Shown: positions 38,075 through 48,761, counted from the stretch's first letter. The stretch is DNA of 64,000 nt from Eubacteriales bacterium (GCA_045633405.1 JAZQYD010000058.1:91025-155024), one strand, 5' to 3'. Notes: generated from the sequence alone by a model not told the origin. Numbers and translations: made by a program.

Positions 38075-39826
38075 ATGAAAAAAAGACTTTTAGCACTATT
38101 CCTCGCTATTATCCTCGCATTCTCTGCTTTCCTCGTTTCCTGCGGCAAGGACGATGACGAAAAGAATGATACGGAGAACACAGGCGACAACGGCGATAAC
38201 GACAATGGCGAGAACAACAATGATGGCCCCAAGGAAAAGACCAGCGTAGCTCTCGCAAGAGAGGCTCAGGCAGGTGAAAAGGTCACTGTTAAGGGTATCG
38301 TTAAGTGTGTAACCTACGCTAACGGTATGATCCCCTCAGGCTTCTTTGTAGTCGAGGGCGGTGATTCCATCTACGTCTATGACAGAAACGCAGCGGCCTC
38401 AGTCATTGAAGGCAGCCTCGTCGAGCTCGAGGGAACTAAGGACTACTGGATCCTCGAGAACGAGATGGAGAATGCACAGAAATTCGGCTACCCCGGATGC
38501 AACCAGCTGACAGACGTCACCATCATCTCGACCGACTATAATCTTTACGTAATTGACGAGAAGAATCTCACCGAAACCACGGTAAAGGATATTCTCGAGA
38601 CACCCGTCACAGAGGATATAACCACTCAGATATACAAGGTAACAGCTCTCATCAATAAGGTTGTGGGCACGGGCTTCACTAACTACTACATCAACGATCT
38701 TGACGGCAAGACAGGCTCCTACGTATACACTCAGTGTAACGGAAACGACTTCTCCTGGCTCGATCAGTTCGACGGCAAGATCTGCACGGTCTACGTCACA
38801 CCCATCAATGCAAAGTCGAGCTCTACCGACTGCTTCTACCGCTTCATTCCCATCTACGTATCCGATGACGGCTTCACCTTCGATCTTGCGAACACAGCCG
38901 ATCACGTCCTCAAGTACTATGCTCTCGATCAGTTCCGTGCAAGCTACACCGGTGACCCCGCACTTGAGCTTATCACCGAGGTATCGAGCGAGCTTCTCGG
39001 CTTCGAGGGAGCTAAGATCACCTACTCCTCCGATAACGAGGACGTTATCTTCTTCACCGAGGAGGACGGAAAGGTAACTATGCACTGCAACCCCGTCGGT
39101 TCGGCAAACGTAACTGTTACCGCCACCTATGGCGAAACCGTCGTATCCAAAACTTTATCCATCGAGATTCTCGAGAACGAGGAGGTTCCTCACGTCACTG
39201 TTGCTGAGGCAATTGCCGCAGAAAAGGGCGAGACCGTAACCGTTAAGGGCATCGTAGGTCCCTCTCTTGTAAACAGAGACGGCTTCTACCTCATCGACAA
39301 GACAGGTATCATCTCCATCATCGTAAACGATGCGACGGTCTACGCTGATATCGCAATCGGAAACGAGGTTATCCTCACGGGTACACGTGACCTCTTCCAT
39401 AACGGCGAGGGCAGCCACGCAGGCCAGATCGCCATCACCGGCACTACCGTTGTCGCAAACTACTACGGCAATCACGAGTATGACGACTCCAACTTCATTA
39501 AGAGCACCGTAGCAGATTTCAGAGCTCTTGACGTTACTGCCCATTACTCCACCACGGTATTCGTTATCGAGGCTAAGATCGAGTTCGTTCAGACCGCCTA
39601 CTACACCAACCTTAAGGTATCCGATGAAAACGGCACTACCATCACCCTCTACTGCAGCGGTGCGGGACAGTACTCCTTCCTCAACCAGTTCTCGGGACAG
39701 ACCGTTACAATGGAGATCGCGGCGTGCAACTGGAATAACAAGACCTTCTATGCAGGATGCGTTCTCTCGGTAATCACCGAGGACGGCAAGGTGCTCAACA
39801 CCCTGAACTTCGATTCCAACAAGTAA
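38075..39826 (+). CDS. Lipoprotein with repeated OB-fold-like domains and an Ig-like spacer
   Basis: Start at ATG 38075 (RBS AAGGAG); lipobox LVSC; Asp/Asn linker; duplicated GE.VTVKGIV...GF(F/Y)...(GS/GN).V.L.GT.D modules; YSSDNEDV Ig-like segment. Confidence 0.75.
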   Translation: MKKRLLALFLAIILAFSAFLVSCGKDDDEKNDTENTGDNGDNDNGENNNDGPKEKTSVALAREAQAGEKVTVKGIVKCVTYANGMIPSGFFVVEGGDSIYVYDRNAAASVIEGSLVELEGTKDYWILENEMENAQKFGYPGCNQLTDVTIISTDYNLYVIDEKNLTETTVKDILETPVTEDITTQIYKVTALINKVVGTGFTNYYINDLDGKTGSYVYTQCNGNDFSWLDQFDGKICTVYVTPINAKSSSTDCFYRFIPIYVSDDGFTFDLANTADHVLKYYALDQFRASYTGDPALELITEVSSELLGFEGAKITYSSDNEDVIFFTEEDGKVTMHCNPVGSANVTVTATYGETVVSKTLSIEILENEEVPHVTVAEAIAAEKGETVTVKGIVGPSLVNRDGFYLIDKTGIISIIVNDATVYADIAIGNEVILTGTRDLFHNGEGSHAGQIAITGTTVVANYYGNHEYDDSNFIKSTVADFRALDVTAHYSTTVFVIEAKIEFVQTAYYTNLKVSDENGTTITLYCSGAGQYSFLNQFSGQTVTMEIAACNWNNKTFYAGCVLSVITEDGKVLNTLNFDSNK

Positions 39827-39835
39827 TATCCAAAT

Positions 39836-39878
39836 AAAACAGGCAGAGGCACTGCTTTTGAGAGTGCTTCTGCCTTTT
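39836..39878. terminator. Bidirectional terminator
   Basis: AGGCAGAGGCACT...AGTGCTTCTGCCT flanked by A and T tracts. Confidence 0.7.
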
Positions 39879-39894
39879 AATTTTGTTTTTTTCC

Positions 39895-40470
39895 TTATAT
39901 CGCGTAGAGCCCCATACCGACAAGTGCTGAGATGAGAATGAGCACTATCGGGGAGGTGGGCTTTTTCCTTTTCGCCTTCAGGAGGCGGTCAGAGACCGCC
40001 ACAGCTACGATGACCGCAAGAGCACGGTAATCGAAGGATAAAGAGTCGCCCGACGTTTTCACACCGAGGACGGCCGAGAGGAGCATTATCACGGACATGC
40101 CGAGGATAAGGGCTATGACGGCGGGACGTATTCCCGAAAGAAATGCCTTCACGGGCTTGTATTTCATAAGATTCTTAATAAGCGACGCTATAATAAGGAT
40201 GATGATAAACGATGGAAGCACCACTCCGAGGGTCGCGAGAAGTCCGCCGAAGAAGCCCGCCTCCCCGGCACCGACGAAGGTAGCAATATTGACCGCTATC
40301 GGTCCCGGCGTAGACTCTGCCACGGCTACGAGATTCAGAAGCTCCTCATCGGTGAGCCAGCTGTGCGACACGACCTCGTCACGTAAGAGTGAGATCATAC
40401 CGAGACCGCCTCCGAATGAGAGCGAGCCGATTTTAAGGAAGGTCAGAAAAAGAAGAAGGTAAATATTCAT
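39895..40470 (-). CDS. Chromate transporter family protein (short chain)
   Basis: KIGSLSFGGG and ESTPGPIAVNIATFVG motifs. Confidence 0.93.
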   Translation of the reverse strand: MNIYLLLFLTFLKIGSLSFGGGLGMISLLRDEVVSHSWLTDEELLNLVAVAESTPGPIAVNIATFVGAGEAGFFGGLLATLGVVLPSFIIILIIASLIKNLMKYKPVKAFLSGIRPAVIALILGMSVIMLLSAVLGVKTSGDSLSFDYRALAVIVAVAVSDRLLKAKRKKPTSPIVLILISALVGMGLYAI

Positions 40471-41045
40471 TTTTTATCCCTCCCTCTTATCTCTCCTATC
40501 GCATATACGGAAAGTCCGAGAGCACCTGCGATGAGGATAAAGTACACAGTCGAGAAGGTGACCGAGAATATTGAGAACAGCACCATAAGAACGAGGACGG
40601 ACACAAGCACCGTCACGTTAAATACGGTCTTCTTCATCCCTCCCAGCATTTTAAGTCCCGCTGAGAGAATGATGTAGACAACTCCCGCCTGAATGCCCCT
40701 GAATGCATACTGCACAACCGTGAACGAGAGGAATGCATCAAAGAAGAGAGAGATCGTATATATTATCACAAACGATGGGATGCATACCGCCACGGTGGCG
40801 ACAAGCGAGCCGAGTATGCCCGCTATCCTATAACCTATGAAGGTAGCGGCGTTAATGGCTATCGGCCCCGGGGTCGACTCGGATACCGCCACCATATCGA
40901 GAAACTCATCCTTATCAAGCCAGGAACGCTTTGTGACGAATTCCGCATCCAATAGAGCGAGCATCGCATATCCGCCGCCGAATGTAAACAAGCCTATCTT
41001 AAGCATCGTTACGAATATTTCAAGTAGTCTTTTGCTTTTTTTCAT
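40467..41045 (-). CDS. Chromate transporter family protein (short chain)
   Basis: KIGLFTFGGGYAM and ESTPGPIAINAATFIG motifs. Confidence 0.93.
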   Translation of the reverse strand: MKKSKRLLEIFVTMLKIGLFTFGGGYAMLALLDAEFVTKRSWLDKDEFLDMVAVSESTPGPIAINAATFIGYRIAGILGSLVATVAVCIPSFVIIYTISLFFDAFLSFTVVQYAFRGIQAGVVYIILSAGLKMLGGMKKTVFNVTVLVSVLVLMVLFSIFSVTFSTVYFILIAGALGLSVYAIGEIRGRDKK

Positions 41046-41179
41046 TTTTTCCTCTTTTTAAAAACGTCCGTTTTAGTTTAATATACATTATACCATATCA
41101 CGAAGCTTATTTCAAGAAAAAAACTCCCGTGTCGGCAAAACGCGGCAAAAAGCGTGCCATTACGGGAATTTTCTTTGTT

Positions 41180-41827
41180 TTATACCATTTTTTCCTGCTT
41201 TACCTTCTTGTCAATCACGTGACGGGAGGCAAGCTCTCTGTGGATATCCTCGAGGGATATTCCCATCTCGATCATCAGAACGAGGGTGTGATATGCGAGG
41301 TCTGCGATCTCATAGACCGTCTCCTTCTTATCGTTATTCTTCGCTCCGATAATGACCTCCGTGCACTCCTCACCGACCTTCTTGAGTATCTTGTCGAGTC
41401 CCTTCTCGAAAAGATAGGTGGTATACGAGCCCTCCTTCTTCTCGGTCTTTCTGCCCTCGATAAGCGAGAAGAGTCCCTCAAGGGAGAATTCGTGGAGCTC
41501 GTCGCTCTCGTATACGGGATTCTCAAAGCAGCTGTCGGTGCCGAGGTGGCAGGCAGGGCCGTCCTTCTCTACTACTACAACAAGTGCATCCCTGTCACAG
41601 TCGGCGGTGATGGAGACGACGTGCTGATAGTTTCCGCTAGTCTCACCCTTGAGCCAGAGCTCCTGTCTCGATCTGGAATAGAAGCAGGTGAGCCCCTTTT
41701 CCATCGTTATCCTCAAGCTCTCCTTATTCATATACGCAAGGGTCAGTACCTTCTTGGTTATGGAATCCACCACTATCGCGGGGATAAGACCCTTTTCATC
41801 AAACTTTAATTCATCAATATTTAGCAT
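41180..41827 (-). CDS. hisIE: Phosphoribosyl-AMP cyclohydrolase / phosphoribosyl-ATP diphosphatase
   Basis: [19 protein letters not shown] and KKVGEE motifs; start at 41827. Confidence 0.96.
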   Translation of the reverse strand: MLNIDELKFDEKGLIPAIVVDSITKKVLTLAYMNKESLRITMEKGLTCFYSRSRQELWLKGETSGNYQHVVSITADCDRDALVVVVEKDGPACHLGTDSCFENPVYESDELHEFSLEGLFSLIEGRKTEKKEGSYTTYLFEKGLDKILKKVGEECTEVIIGAKNNDKKETVYEIADLAYHTLVLMIEMGISLEDIHRELASRHVIDKKVKQEKMV

Positions 41828-41837
41828 ATAAGCCCCC

Positions 41838-42596
41838 TTATATTCTGACGGGTATTCCGTTTTCCTTAAGTATTTTCTTGAGGTCACCGATCTTCACCTC
41901 ACCGAAGTGGAAGATCGAGGCGGCAAGTCCCGCATCAACCTTGTCAAGCTCCGAGAAGAGCTTCACGAAATCGTCTGCCGAGCCCGCACCGCCCGAAGCG
42001 ATGATGGGAACGGATACTATCTCCGAGACCGCTCTCAGCATTTCAATATCAAATCCGCCCTTCACTCCGTCGGTGTCTATCGAATTGAGCACGATCTCAC
42101 CCGCTCCGTTGTCGACTCCACGCTTGATCCACTCAAGTGCATTCATTCCGGTATTTACTCTGCCGCCCTTTGCAAAGACGGTATATACGCCGTCTACTCT
42201 CTTGACGTCAGCTGAGAGCACAACGCACTGGTCACCGTATCTTTTAGCCGCCTCATAGATGAGATCGGGGTTCCTTATCGCTCCCGAATTCACGCTGACC
42301 TTATCCGCTCCGCACTTCAATACACGGTCGAAGTCATCGAGAGTGTTTATACCGCCACCGACGGTGAGAGGAATGAATATCGTCCTCGCAACCTCGGTTA
42401 AGATATCCGAGAACAAGGCCCTTCCCTCGGCGGAGGCAGTGATATCGTAGAAGACAAGCTCGTCCGCTCCCGAGTCACTGTAATATTTTCCAAGCTCTAC
42501 GGGTGACGAGACGTCCGAGAGTCCCTTGAAATTTACACCCTTAACTACCCTGCCGTCCTTAACGTCAAGGCAGGGGATTATTCTCTTAGTAATCAT
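41838..42596 (-). CDS. hisF: Imidazole glycerol phosphate synthase cyclase subunit
   Basis: [19 protein letters not shown] and ASIFH motifs. Confidence 0.98.
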   Translation of the reverse strand: MITKRIIPCLDVKDGRVVKGVNFKGLSDVSSPVELGKYYSDSGADELVFYDITASAEGRALFSDILTEVARTIFIPLTVGGGINTLDDFDRVLKCGADKVSVNSGAIRNPDLIYEAAKRYGDQCVVLSADVKRVDGVYTVFAKGGRVNTGMNALEWIKRGVDNGAGEIVLNSIDTDGVKGGFDIEMLRAVSEIVSVPIIASGGAGSADDFVKLFSELDKVDAGLAASIFHFGEVKIGDLKKILKENGIPVRI

Positions 42597-43306
42597 TTTG
42601 CAAGTCCTATTGCTTCCCTTATCTTTATTGCACCGGTATAGTAAGCCTTACCGATAATGGCACCGTAAAGACCGAGGTCCCTCAGTGCTTTAACGTCGTC
42701 AAGGGTCGAGACACCGCCCGAGGCGATGATGTCGATGCCTAATTTTCCCGACATTTCTCTGTAAAGCTCTCTGTTAGTGCCCATCATGGCACCGTCCTTC
42801 GATATATCCGTGCATATTACGGTCCTGACACCGATTTTTTCGAGATACTCGCAGAACTCCATCGCATCCAAGGAGGAACGCTCCGTCCATCCCTTTATCG
42901 CTACGTTGCCGTCTCTGATATCGACGCCGACTGCTATTTTCTCGCCGTATCTCTTCACCGCCTCGAGAAGGAGATCTCTGTTCTCCACAGCAGCAGTACC
43001 GAGGATGACTCTGTTTATTCCTGCCTCGATATATCTCTCTATCACCTCGAGAGATCGGATACCTCCGCCGACCTCGATGAAAAGGTCGGTCCTCTCTCTT
43101 ATTTTTTTGATCGTTTCAATATTCGGAGTCTCGCCGCTCTTCGCACCCTCGAGGTCGACAAGGTGAAGATACTCCGCCCCCTCCTTAGCAAAATGCTCCG
43201 CTATCTCATAGGGTCTGTCACTGTATACGGTCATCTCTGAGTAGTTACCCTTATAGAGCCTGACCGCCTTACCTTCATATAAATCTATCGCCGGGAATAT
43301 ATTCAT
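42593..43306 (-). CDS. hisA: ProFAR isomerase
   Basis: IFPAIDL, HLVDLEGA and TDISKDG motifs. Confidence 0.97.
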   Translation of the reverse strand: MNIFPAIDLYEGKAVRLYKGNYSEMTVYSDRPYEIAEHFAKEGAEYLHLVDLEGAKSGETPNIETIKKIRERTDLFIEVGGGIRSLEVIERYIEAGINRVILGTAAVENRDLLLEAVKRYGEKIAVGVDIRDGNVAIKGWTERSSLDAMEFCEYLEKIGVRTVICTDISKDGAMMGTNRELYREMSGKLGIDIIASGGVSTLDDVKALRDLGLYGAIIGKAYYTGAIKIREAIGLAK

Positions 43307-43307
43307 C

Positions 43308-43916
43308 TTAAATCTCCATAAACGCTCTTAGAATATTGAGACCTACCTCACCGCTCTTCTCGGGGTGGAACTGACAGCCATAGACGTTGCCCATAGCAAC
43401 CGCCGCAGTGAGCGGTGCTCCGTACTCGGACGTAGCGATCACGCTTCCGTCACAGTCACGTGCGGAATAGGAATGCACGAAATATACGAAGTCTCCGTCC
43501 TTTATATACTTGAAGAGGGGGCACTCACGGGTGAAGGTCAGTGCATTCCAGCCGATATGAGGAATCTTCAGTCCCTCGGGAATAACCTCTGATATAGGTC
43601 TGACACTGCCCTCGATCAGCCCGAGTCCCTTATGTACACCGTACTCATAGCTCTCATCAAAGAGCATCTGCATACCGAGGCAGATACCGAGGGTGGGCTT
43701 ACCCGATCTCGCCTCCGAGATCACTATCTCCGAAAGCCCCGACTCACGAAGCTTTCTCGCCGCATCCTCGAATGCACCGACACCGGGGAGAATTATTCTA
43801 TCCGCACCCCTGATGACCTCGGGATCGGAGGTGGCCCTTGCATCCGCACCGATCATACGGAGAGACGATACGAGCGAGAAAAGATTACCGACTCCGTAAT
43901 CAACTATTGCTACCAT
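43308..43916 (-). CDS. hisH: Imidazole glycerol phosphate synthase glutaminase subunit
   Basis: LPGVG, GICLGMQ and QFHPEKS motifs. Confidence 0.97.
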   Translation of the reverse strand: MVAIVDYGVGNLFSLVSSLRMIGADARATSDPEVIRGADRIILPGVGAFEDAARKLRESGLSEIVISEARSGKPTLGICLGMQMLFDESYEYGVHKGLGLIEGSVRPISEVIPEGLKIPHIGWNALTFTRECPLFKYIKDGDFVYFVHSYSARDCDGSVIATSEYGAPLTAAVAMGNVYGCQFHPEKSGEVGLNILRAFMEI

Positions 43917-43927
43917 TGAATTTGCTC

Positions 43928-44515
43928 CTATAATACTCCCTTGGTCGAGGGAACCTTGTCCTTAAATCTCTCGTCAATGCCAACCGCCATACGGAGGCTG
44001 CGTGCTACCGCCTTGAATGCCGCCTCGATGATGTGGTGAGCATTAGTACCTGCAAGCTGACGGATGTGCAGATTGCATGCGGCGTTAGCGGCGAAGGCTG
44101 CGAAGAACTCGTCTACGAGCTCAGTATCAAAATCGCCTACCTTCGATGCCTTGATATCAAAATCGGAGAGATAAAAGCATCTGCCCGAAAGGTCTACCGC
44201 GGATAAAACGAGCGACTCGTCCATAGGAAGGATGATGTGACCGTATCTTACAATACCGACCTTCTCACCGAGAGCCTTAGCAAATGCCGCACCGAGTGCG
44301 ATACCGATATCCTCAGTGGTGTGGTGATAGTCGACGTCACGGTCTCCCTTACAGTACACGGTAAGATCAAATCCTCCGTGACGGGAAAGAAGAGTCAGCA
44401 TGTGGTCGAGGAAGCCGCAGCCCGTGCTTATATCGGAGACTCCCTCACCGTCAAGATTAAGTATAATTTTAATATCCGTCTCCTGCGTCTTGCGGATTAT
44501 TTCAGCCTGTCTCAT
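43928..44515 (-). CDS. hisB: Imidazoleglycerol-phosphate dehydratase
   Basis: FLDHML, HHTTED, PMDES, HHIIEA and PSTKG motifs. Confidence 0.97.
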   Translation of the reverse strand: MRQAEIIRKTQETDIKIILNLDGEGVSDISTGCGFLDHMLTLLSRHGGFDLTVYCKGDRDVDYHHTTEDIGIALGAAFAKALGEKVGIVRYGHIILPMDESLVLSAVDLSGRCFYLSDFDIKASKVGDFDTELVDEFFAAFAANAACNLHIRQLAGTNAHHIIEAAFKAVARSLRMAVGIDERFKDKVPSTKGVL

Positions 44516-45576
44516 TGCTTTTCCTCCAGAATTTCCTTGATTTTGTAAATAAGAGTTTGCATATTCTCCATACTGCCGACCGTTATTCTGTTATATTCGG
44601 CTATTCTCGGTGCGGAGAAATGTCTGACAAGGACACCCTTTTCCTTAAGCCTCAGGTAGAGCTCCTCGCCGCCTATCCTATCCGATTTTGCAAATATAAA
44701 ATTCGCCATCGACTCGGTAAAGGTAAAGCCGAGAGCCTCAAGCTCTCTTTCCGTATAGCTTCTCGCCTCGATGATCCTCTTGCAGTTTTTATCAAAGTAT
44801 CTCTTATCGATAAGAGCTCCGACGCCCATCGCCGCCGTAAGACGGTTGACGTTATATGGGTTGGTCGAATATTTGATCGATACAAGATCGGAGATAAGCT
44901 CAGGTGAGCCTATACCGAAGCCAAGCCTTGCACCCGCCATCGAGCGTGACTTCGAGAAGGTGCAGGTAACGAGGAGATTTTTGTATTTTTTCGTAAGAGG
45001 AATACAGCTCTCCGCTCCGAAGTCTACGTACGCCTCGTCAATAACCACTACCCTATCGGGATCGGATGAGACGAGCCTCTCTATCTCGGATACGGGTAAG
45101 GCGATACCGGTAGGTGCATTGGGATTTGCTATAAACACCGTACCCCGTGTATCAATATACTTATCAATTTCAATCCTGAAATCATCATCGAGCGGTATCA
45201 CCGTGCTTGGCACGGAGTTGATCTTGGCGAACACCTTATAGAAGCCGTAGGTGATATCGGCATATACTGCGGGGTTATCCTTATCGCACCACGCCATGAA
45301 TGCGAAGTTAAGAACCTCGTCCGAGCCATTCGTCGCTATTACCGATGCGGGCTCGACACCGTAGGTCTTCGCAACGGTTTCCGTCAGCTGCTTAAGATCG
45401 GGATCGGGATAGAGCCTCGACCGAAGCATTTCCTTGCGTGCCATCACTATTCCCACAGCACTCGGCGGATAGGGGCTCTCGTTGGTATTCAGCTTCACGT
45501 ATTTTTTATCCTGCGGCTGCTCGCCCGGTGTATACGGAGTGAGACCCTCATATTTTTCACTTAAGAATTTGCTCAT
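44512..45576 (-). CDS. hisC: Histidinol-phosphate aminotransferase
   Basis: KLNTNESP, NPNAPTG, DEAY and TFSKS motifs. Confidence 0.96.
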   Translation of the reverse strand: MSKFLSEKYEGLTPYTPGEQPQDKKYVKLNTNESPYPPSAVGIVMARKEMLRSRLYPDPDLKQLTETVAKTYGVEPASVIATNGSDEVLNFAFMAWCDKDNPAVYADITYGFYKVFAKINSVPSTVIPLDDDFRIEIDKYIDTRGTVFIANPNAPTGIALPVSEIERLVSSDPDRVVVIDEAYVDFGAESCIPLTKKYKNLLVTCTFSKSRSMAGARLGFGIGSPELISDLVSIKYSTNPYNVNRLTAAMGVGALIDKRYFDKNCKRIIEARSYTERELEALGFTFTESMANFIFAKSDRIGGEELYLRLKEKGVLVRHFSAPRIAEYNRITVGSMENMQTLIYKIKEILEEKQ

Positions 45577-46853
45577 TTTTCTTCCTCAAATCTGATAACG
45601 GCACTCTTGGCATGTGCGGTAAGCCCCTCGCTCTTGGCGAAATACTCAACGTCACGTGCAACCCTCGCCAGTGCCTCACGGTCGTAATAGATATACTGTG
45701 TCTTTTTTATGAAATCATCAACCGACAGAGGACTCGAGAATCTCGCCGTGCCGCTGGTCGGTAGAGTGTGATTGGTTCCCGCAAGATAATCTCCGAGTGC
45801 CTCGGGGCAATTCTTGCCAAGGAAGACAGAGCCTGCGTGCTTGATCTTATCAAGATACTTAAAGGGCTCGTCAAGGCATATCTCAAGATGCTCGGGTGCT
45901 ATTCTGTTAGCGACCTCGATAGCCTCGTCAACCGTCTCGGTAATGAATATCTTTCCGTTATTATCTATCGATTCGCGTGCTATATCCGCTCTCTCAAGAA
46001 GGGGTATCTGTCTCTCAAGCTCCTCGGCAACAGCCTCTGCGAATTTCAGAGAGTCGGTTGCAAGAACGGCACTCGCCATTCTGTCGTGCTCTGCCTGAGA
46101 GAGAAGGTCTGCCGCTATGCTCTTAGGATCGTTCGTGCCGTCTGCGACAACCATTATCTCGCTCGGGCCGGCTATCATATCGATCGATACAATGCCGTAC
46201 ACCTGCCTCTTCGCCTCTGCTACGTATGCGTTTCCGGGGCCTACTATCTTATCAACCCTCGGCACGCTCTCGGTACCGTATGCGAGTGCGGCAATTGCCT
46301 GAGCACCTCCGACCTTGTATATTTCATCAACACCTGCGATGCTTGCCGCGGCGAGGATAACGGGATTTACCCTTCCGTCCTTCATGGGAGGTGTCACCAT
46401 GACTAGCCTCTCGACTCCCGCGATCTTTGCGGGCACGGCATCCATAAGAACCGTGGAGGGATAAGCGGCGGTGCCGCCGGGAACGTAGAGTCCCGCTCTC
46501 TCAACGGGGATGATCCTCTGACCGAGGATGACGCCCTCGCCACGCTTTATCTCGAAGTGGTCTCTCTTCTGCTCCCTATGGAAGACCGCTATATTTTCCC
46601 TTGCCTCCCCGAGTATGCGAAGAAAATTCTCGGACACCGATCTCTTGGCCTCCTCGATCTCCTCATCGGTAACTCTGAGGGACGTAAGAGACGCCTTATC
46701 AAATTTCTCCGCATAGTAGAGGAGAGCCTCGTCTCCCCTCGCTCTTACGTCATCAATAATTCCCTTTACCACGCCCGAGACGTCGACTCTCGACTCCTTC
46801 ACGGAGAAGATCTCGTCCCTCTCGGTAAGCTTTTCCTTGTATATCCTTATCAT
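45573..46853 (-). CDS. hisD: Histidinol dehydrogenase
   Basis: GLYVPGG, GPGN, AGPSE, QAEHD, APEHL and NHTLPT motifs. Confidence 0.98.
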   Translation of the reverse strand: MIRIYKEKLTERDEIFSVKESRVDVSGVVKGIIDDVRARGDEALLYYAEKFDKASLTSLRVTDEEIEEAKRSVSENFLRILGEARENIAVFHREQKRDHFEIKRGEGVILGQRIIPVERAGLYVPGGTAAYPSTVLMDAVPAKIAGVERLVMVTPPMKDGRVNPVILAAASIAGVDEIYKVGGAQAIAALAYGTESVPRVDKIVGPGNAYVAEAKRQVYGIVSIDMIAGPSEIMVVADGTNDPKSIAADLLSQAEHDRMASAVLATDSLKFAEAVAEELERQIPLLERADIARESIDNNGKIFITETVDEAIEVANRIAPEHLEICLDEPFKYLDKIKHAGSVFLGKNCPEALGDYLAGTNHTLPTSGTARFSSPLSVDDFIKKTQYIYYDREALARVARDVEYFAKSEGLTAHAKSAVIRFEEEK

Positions 46854-46855
46854 TT

Positions 46856-47482
46856 TTATCTCCTGATTTTCTCCATTGCACGCTTCAATTCCTCTATTCT
46901 CTCCGACTTGAAGGCAAAGCTCGCCTTATTGGCTATCAAGCGTGCACTGATAGGCACGATCTCCTCATACACGTCAAGGTCGTTCTCTCTGAGTGTCGCT
47001 CCCGTCTCCACGATGTCCACTATGACGTCGGAAAGACCGAGTATGGGTGCGAGCTCTATCGAGCCGTTGAGATGTATGATATCAATGTCACGTCCTATCG
47101 AGGAATAATATTCCTTGGCTATATTCGTAAACTTGGTGGCTACGGTAAGGGTACGCTGTCTGTCATCCTTAAAGCCACGCTTGGCGGCAACCGCCATTCT
47201 GCACTTGCCTACTCCGAGATCGAGAAGCTCGTACACGTCGGGGCGGTACTCAAGAAGAATATCCTTACCCGCAATACCTATATCGGCAACTCCACGCTCT
47301 ACGTAAATAGCTACGTCAGAGGGCTTCACCCAGAAATAGCGTACGCCCGCCGCCTCGTTCTCAAATATAAGCTTTCTTCCGGGCTCGAGAACGGAGGGAC
47401 ACTCATAGCCCGCCTCGGCAAGCATACCGTATACCTTCTCACCGAGTCTGCCCTTCGGGATAGCAATGTTAAGCATCTTCAT
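46856..47482 (-). CDS. hisG: ATP phosphoribosyltransferase, short form
   Basis: IAIPKGRL, VATKF, GSIELAP and DIVETGATL motifs; start at 47482 or 47476. Confidence 0.96.
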   Translation of the reverse strand: MKMLNIAIPKGRLGEKVYGMLAEAGYECPSVLEPGRKLIFENEAAGVRYFWVKPSDVAIYVERGVADIGIAGKDILLEYRPDVYELLDLGVGKCRMAVAAKRGFKDDRQRTLTVATKFTNIAKEYYSSIGRDIDIIHLNGSIELAPILGLSDVIVDIVETGATLRENDLDVYEEIVPISARLIANKASFAFKSERIEELKRAMEKIRR

Positions 47483-47483
47483 C

Positions 47484-48413
47484 TCACTGTCCTCCGAGTC
47501 TCGATATTTCATCAAGATATACAGCGAATCCGACAGCACCGGAGGTTCTCTTCATTCTTGACATAAGCTTATCGTATCTGCCGCCGAGAAGCACCGCTGT
47601 GGGCACACCCAGAAGGAAGCCTCGGAAGGCGATACCGTTATAATATCTTGTGTTATTGATAACCGAGAAGTCTATGGCAGTCTTATCGGAAAGTCCGAGC
47701 CTTGCCAATTTATCAAGTATCGCCGTGAGCTCGCCGACCGCCCTTGCGGTATCCTCATCGAGAGCGAATGCGGACAGCTTCGGGATGACCTCCTCGGGCG
47801 AGCCGTGGAGAGAGAGAAGTCCGATAAGCATATCGATACCCTCCTTACCTACTCCCTCAGCCTCGAGAACAGAGCGTGCACCTATGACGTTCTTCTCGCC
47901 GAGGCACTCGAGTATTCCCGCTCTTGCGTGCTCCGAGACTCCGAGGTGCGAGATTATTCCCGACACGATATCGGTATCGGATATCTCAAGCACACAGTCG
48001 GGGGAGATAGTCTCAAGACTCTTGATGGCAAGGGTAAGAACCTCGACAAGTGTACTCTTATCGACCTCGCCTATGCACTCGACTCCCGTCTGCATGATCT
48101 CACGGAAGGTGTGAGTGCCTTTCGAGACTCTGTATACGTTTTCGTTGTAATAGAGCTTCGTGAGCCCCTCGGTGTCACGTGTATTCTTAATAATGGAAAG
48201 TGTAACGTCAGGCTTCAGTGCACGAAGTCTGCCGTCAGTATCTGTAAAGGTTATGATGCTGTCGGATACGAGGAAGTCCTTGTTTCTCACGTAGAGATCG
48301 TACTCCTCGAATTTACTCATTCTGTACTGGGTATATCCCGCATCGTAGTAGAGGGCACGGAGCTTAAGTCCTGCCATCTCCTCCCTTGTTAAAATCTTCT
48401 CAATTTCCGTCAT
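47484..48413 (-). CDS. hisZ: ATP phosphoribosyltransferase regulatory subunit
   Basis: LKPDVT, QTGVE, YYNG and GGRYD HisRS-like motifs; start at 48413. Confidence 0.93.
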   Translation of the reverse strand: MTEIEKILTREEMAGLKLRALYYDAGYTQYRMSKFEEYDLYVRNKDFLVSDSIITFTDTDGRLRALKPDVTLSIIKNTRDTEGLTKLYYNENVYRVSKGTHTFREIMQTGVECIGEVDKSTLVEVLTLAIKSLETISPDCVLEISDTDIVSGIISHLGVSEHARAGILECLGEKNVIGARSVLEAEGVGKEGIDMLIGLLSLHGSPEEVIPKLSAFALDEDTARAVGELTAILDKLARLGLSDKTAIDFSVINNTRYYNGIAFRGFLLGVPTAVLLGGRYDKLMSRMKRTSGAVGFAVYLDEISRLGGQ

Positions 48414-48699
48414 TTTCGCCCTCCGCGTCTCCAAGCACCAAGCTGTATCCGCCACTGCCGTAGTTAAGGCATCTCGACACCCTGCTGATGGTAGCAGTGC
48501 TGGCACCCGTCTCGTTCGCTATCTCAAGATAGCTCTTCTTCAATCTCAGAAGCCCTGCGACCTTCAGCCTCTGCGACAGGTCCTGAAGCTCCTTTATCGT
48601 GCATACGTCATCAAAGAACGCTCTGCAATCATCAATAGTGCGAAGCTTAAGTATCGCCTCAAAAAATTCATCGTGGACGTCGACGTTGTATTTATCCAT
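48400..48699 (-). CDS. TrpR-like YerC/YecD regulator (probable histidine repressor HisR)
   Basis: FFDDVCTIKEL...QRL...TGASTATISRV; first gene of the his operon. Confidence 0.9.
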   Translation of the reverse strand: MDKYNVDVHDEFFEAILKLRTIDDCRAFFDDVCTIKELQDLSQRLKVAGLLRLKKSYLEIANETGASTATISRVSRCLNYGSGGYSLVLGDAEGENDGN

Positions 48700-48731
48700 A
48701 TCATCCCTCACGAAAATTATATTTACTCTGT

Positions 48732-48761
48732 TAGTTTACCACGCTAAAGTAAAAAAGTCAA
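48732..48761 (-). promoter_or_regulatory. his operon promoter overlapped by a palindromic HisR-type operator
   Basis: TTGACT-17-TAAACT; operator TACTTTAGCGTGGTAAACTA (48732-48751) covers the spacer and -10. Confidence 0.7.

Noticed and set aside
39895..41045. Chromate transporter pair as a resistance island
   Set aside because: Short-chain CHR pairs are common chromosomal genes in Firmicutes; no mobility signs nearby.
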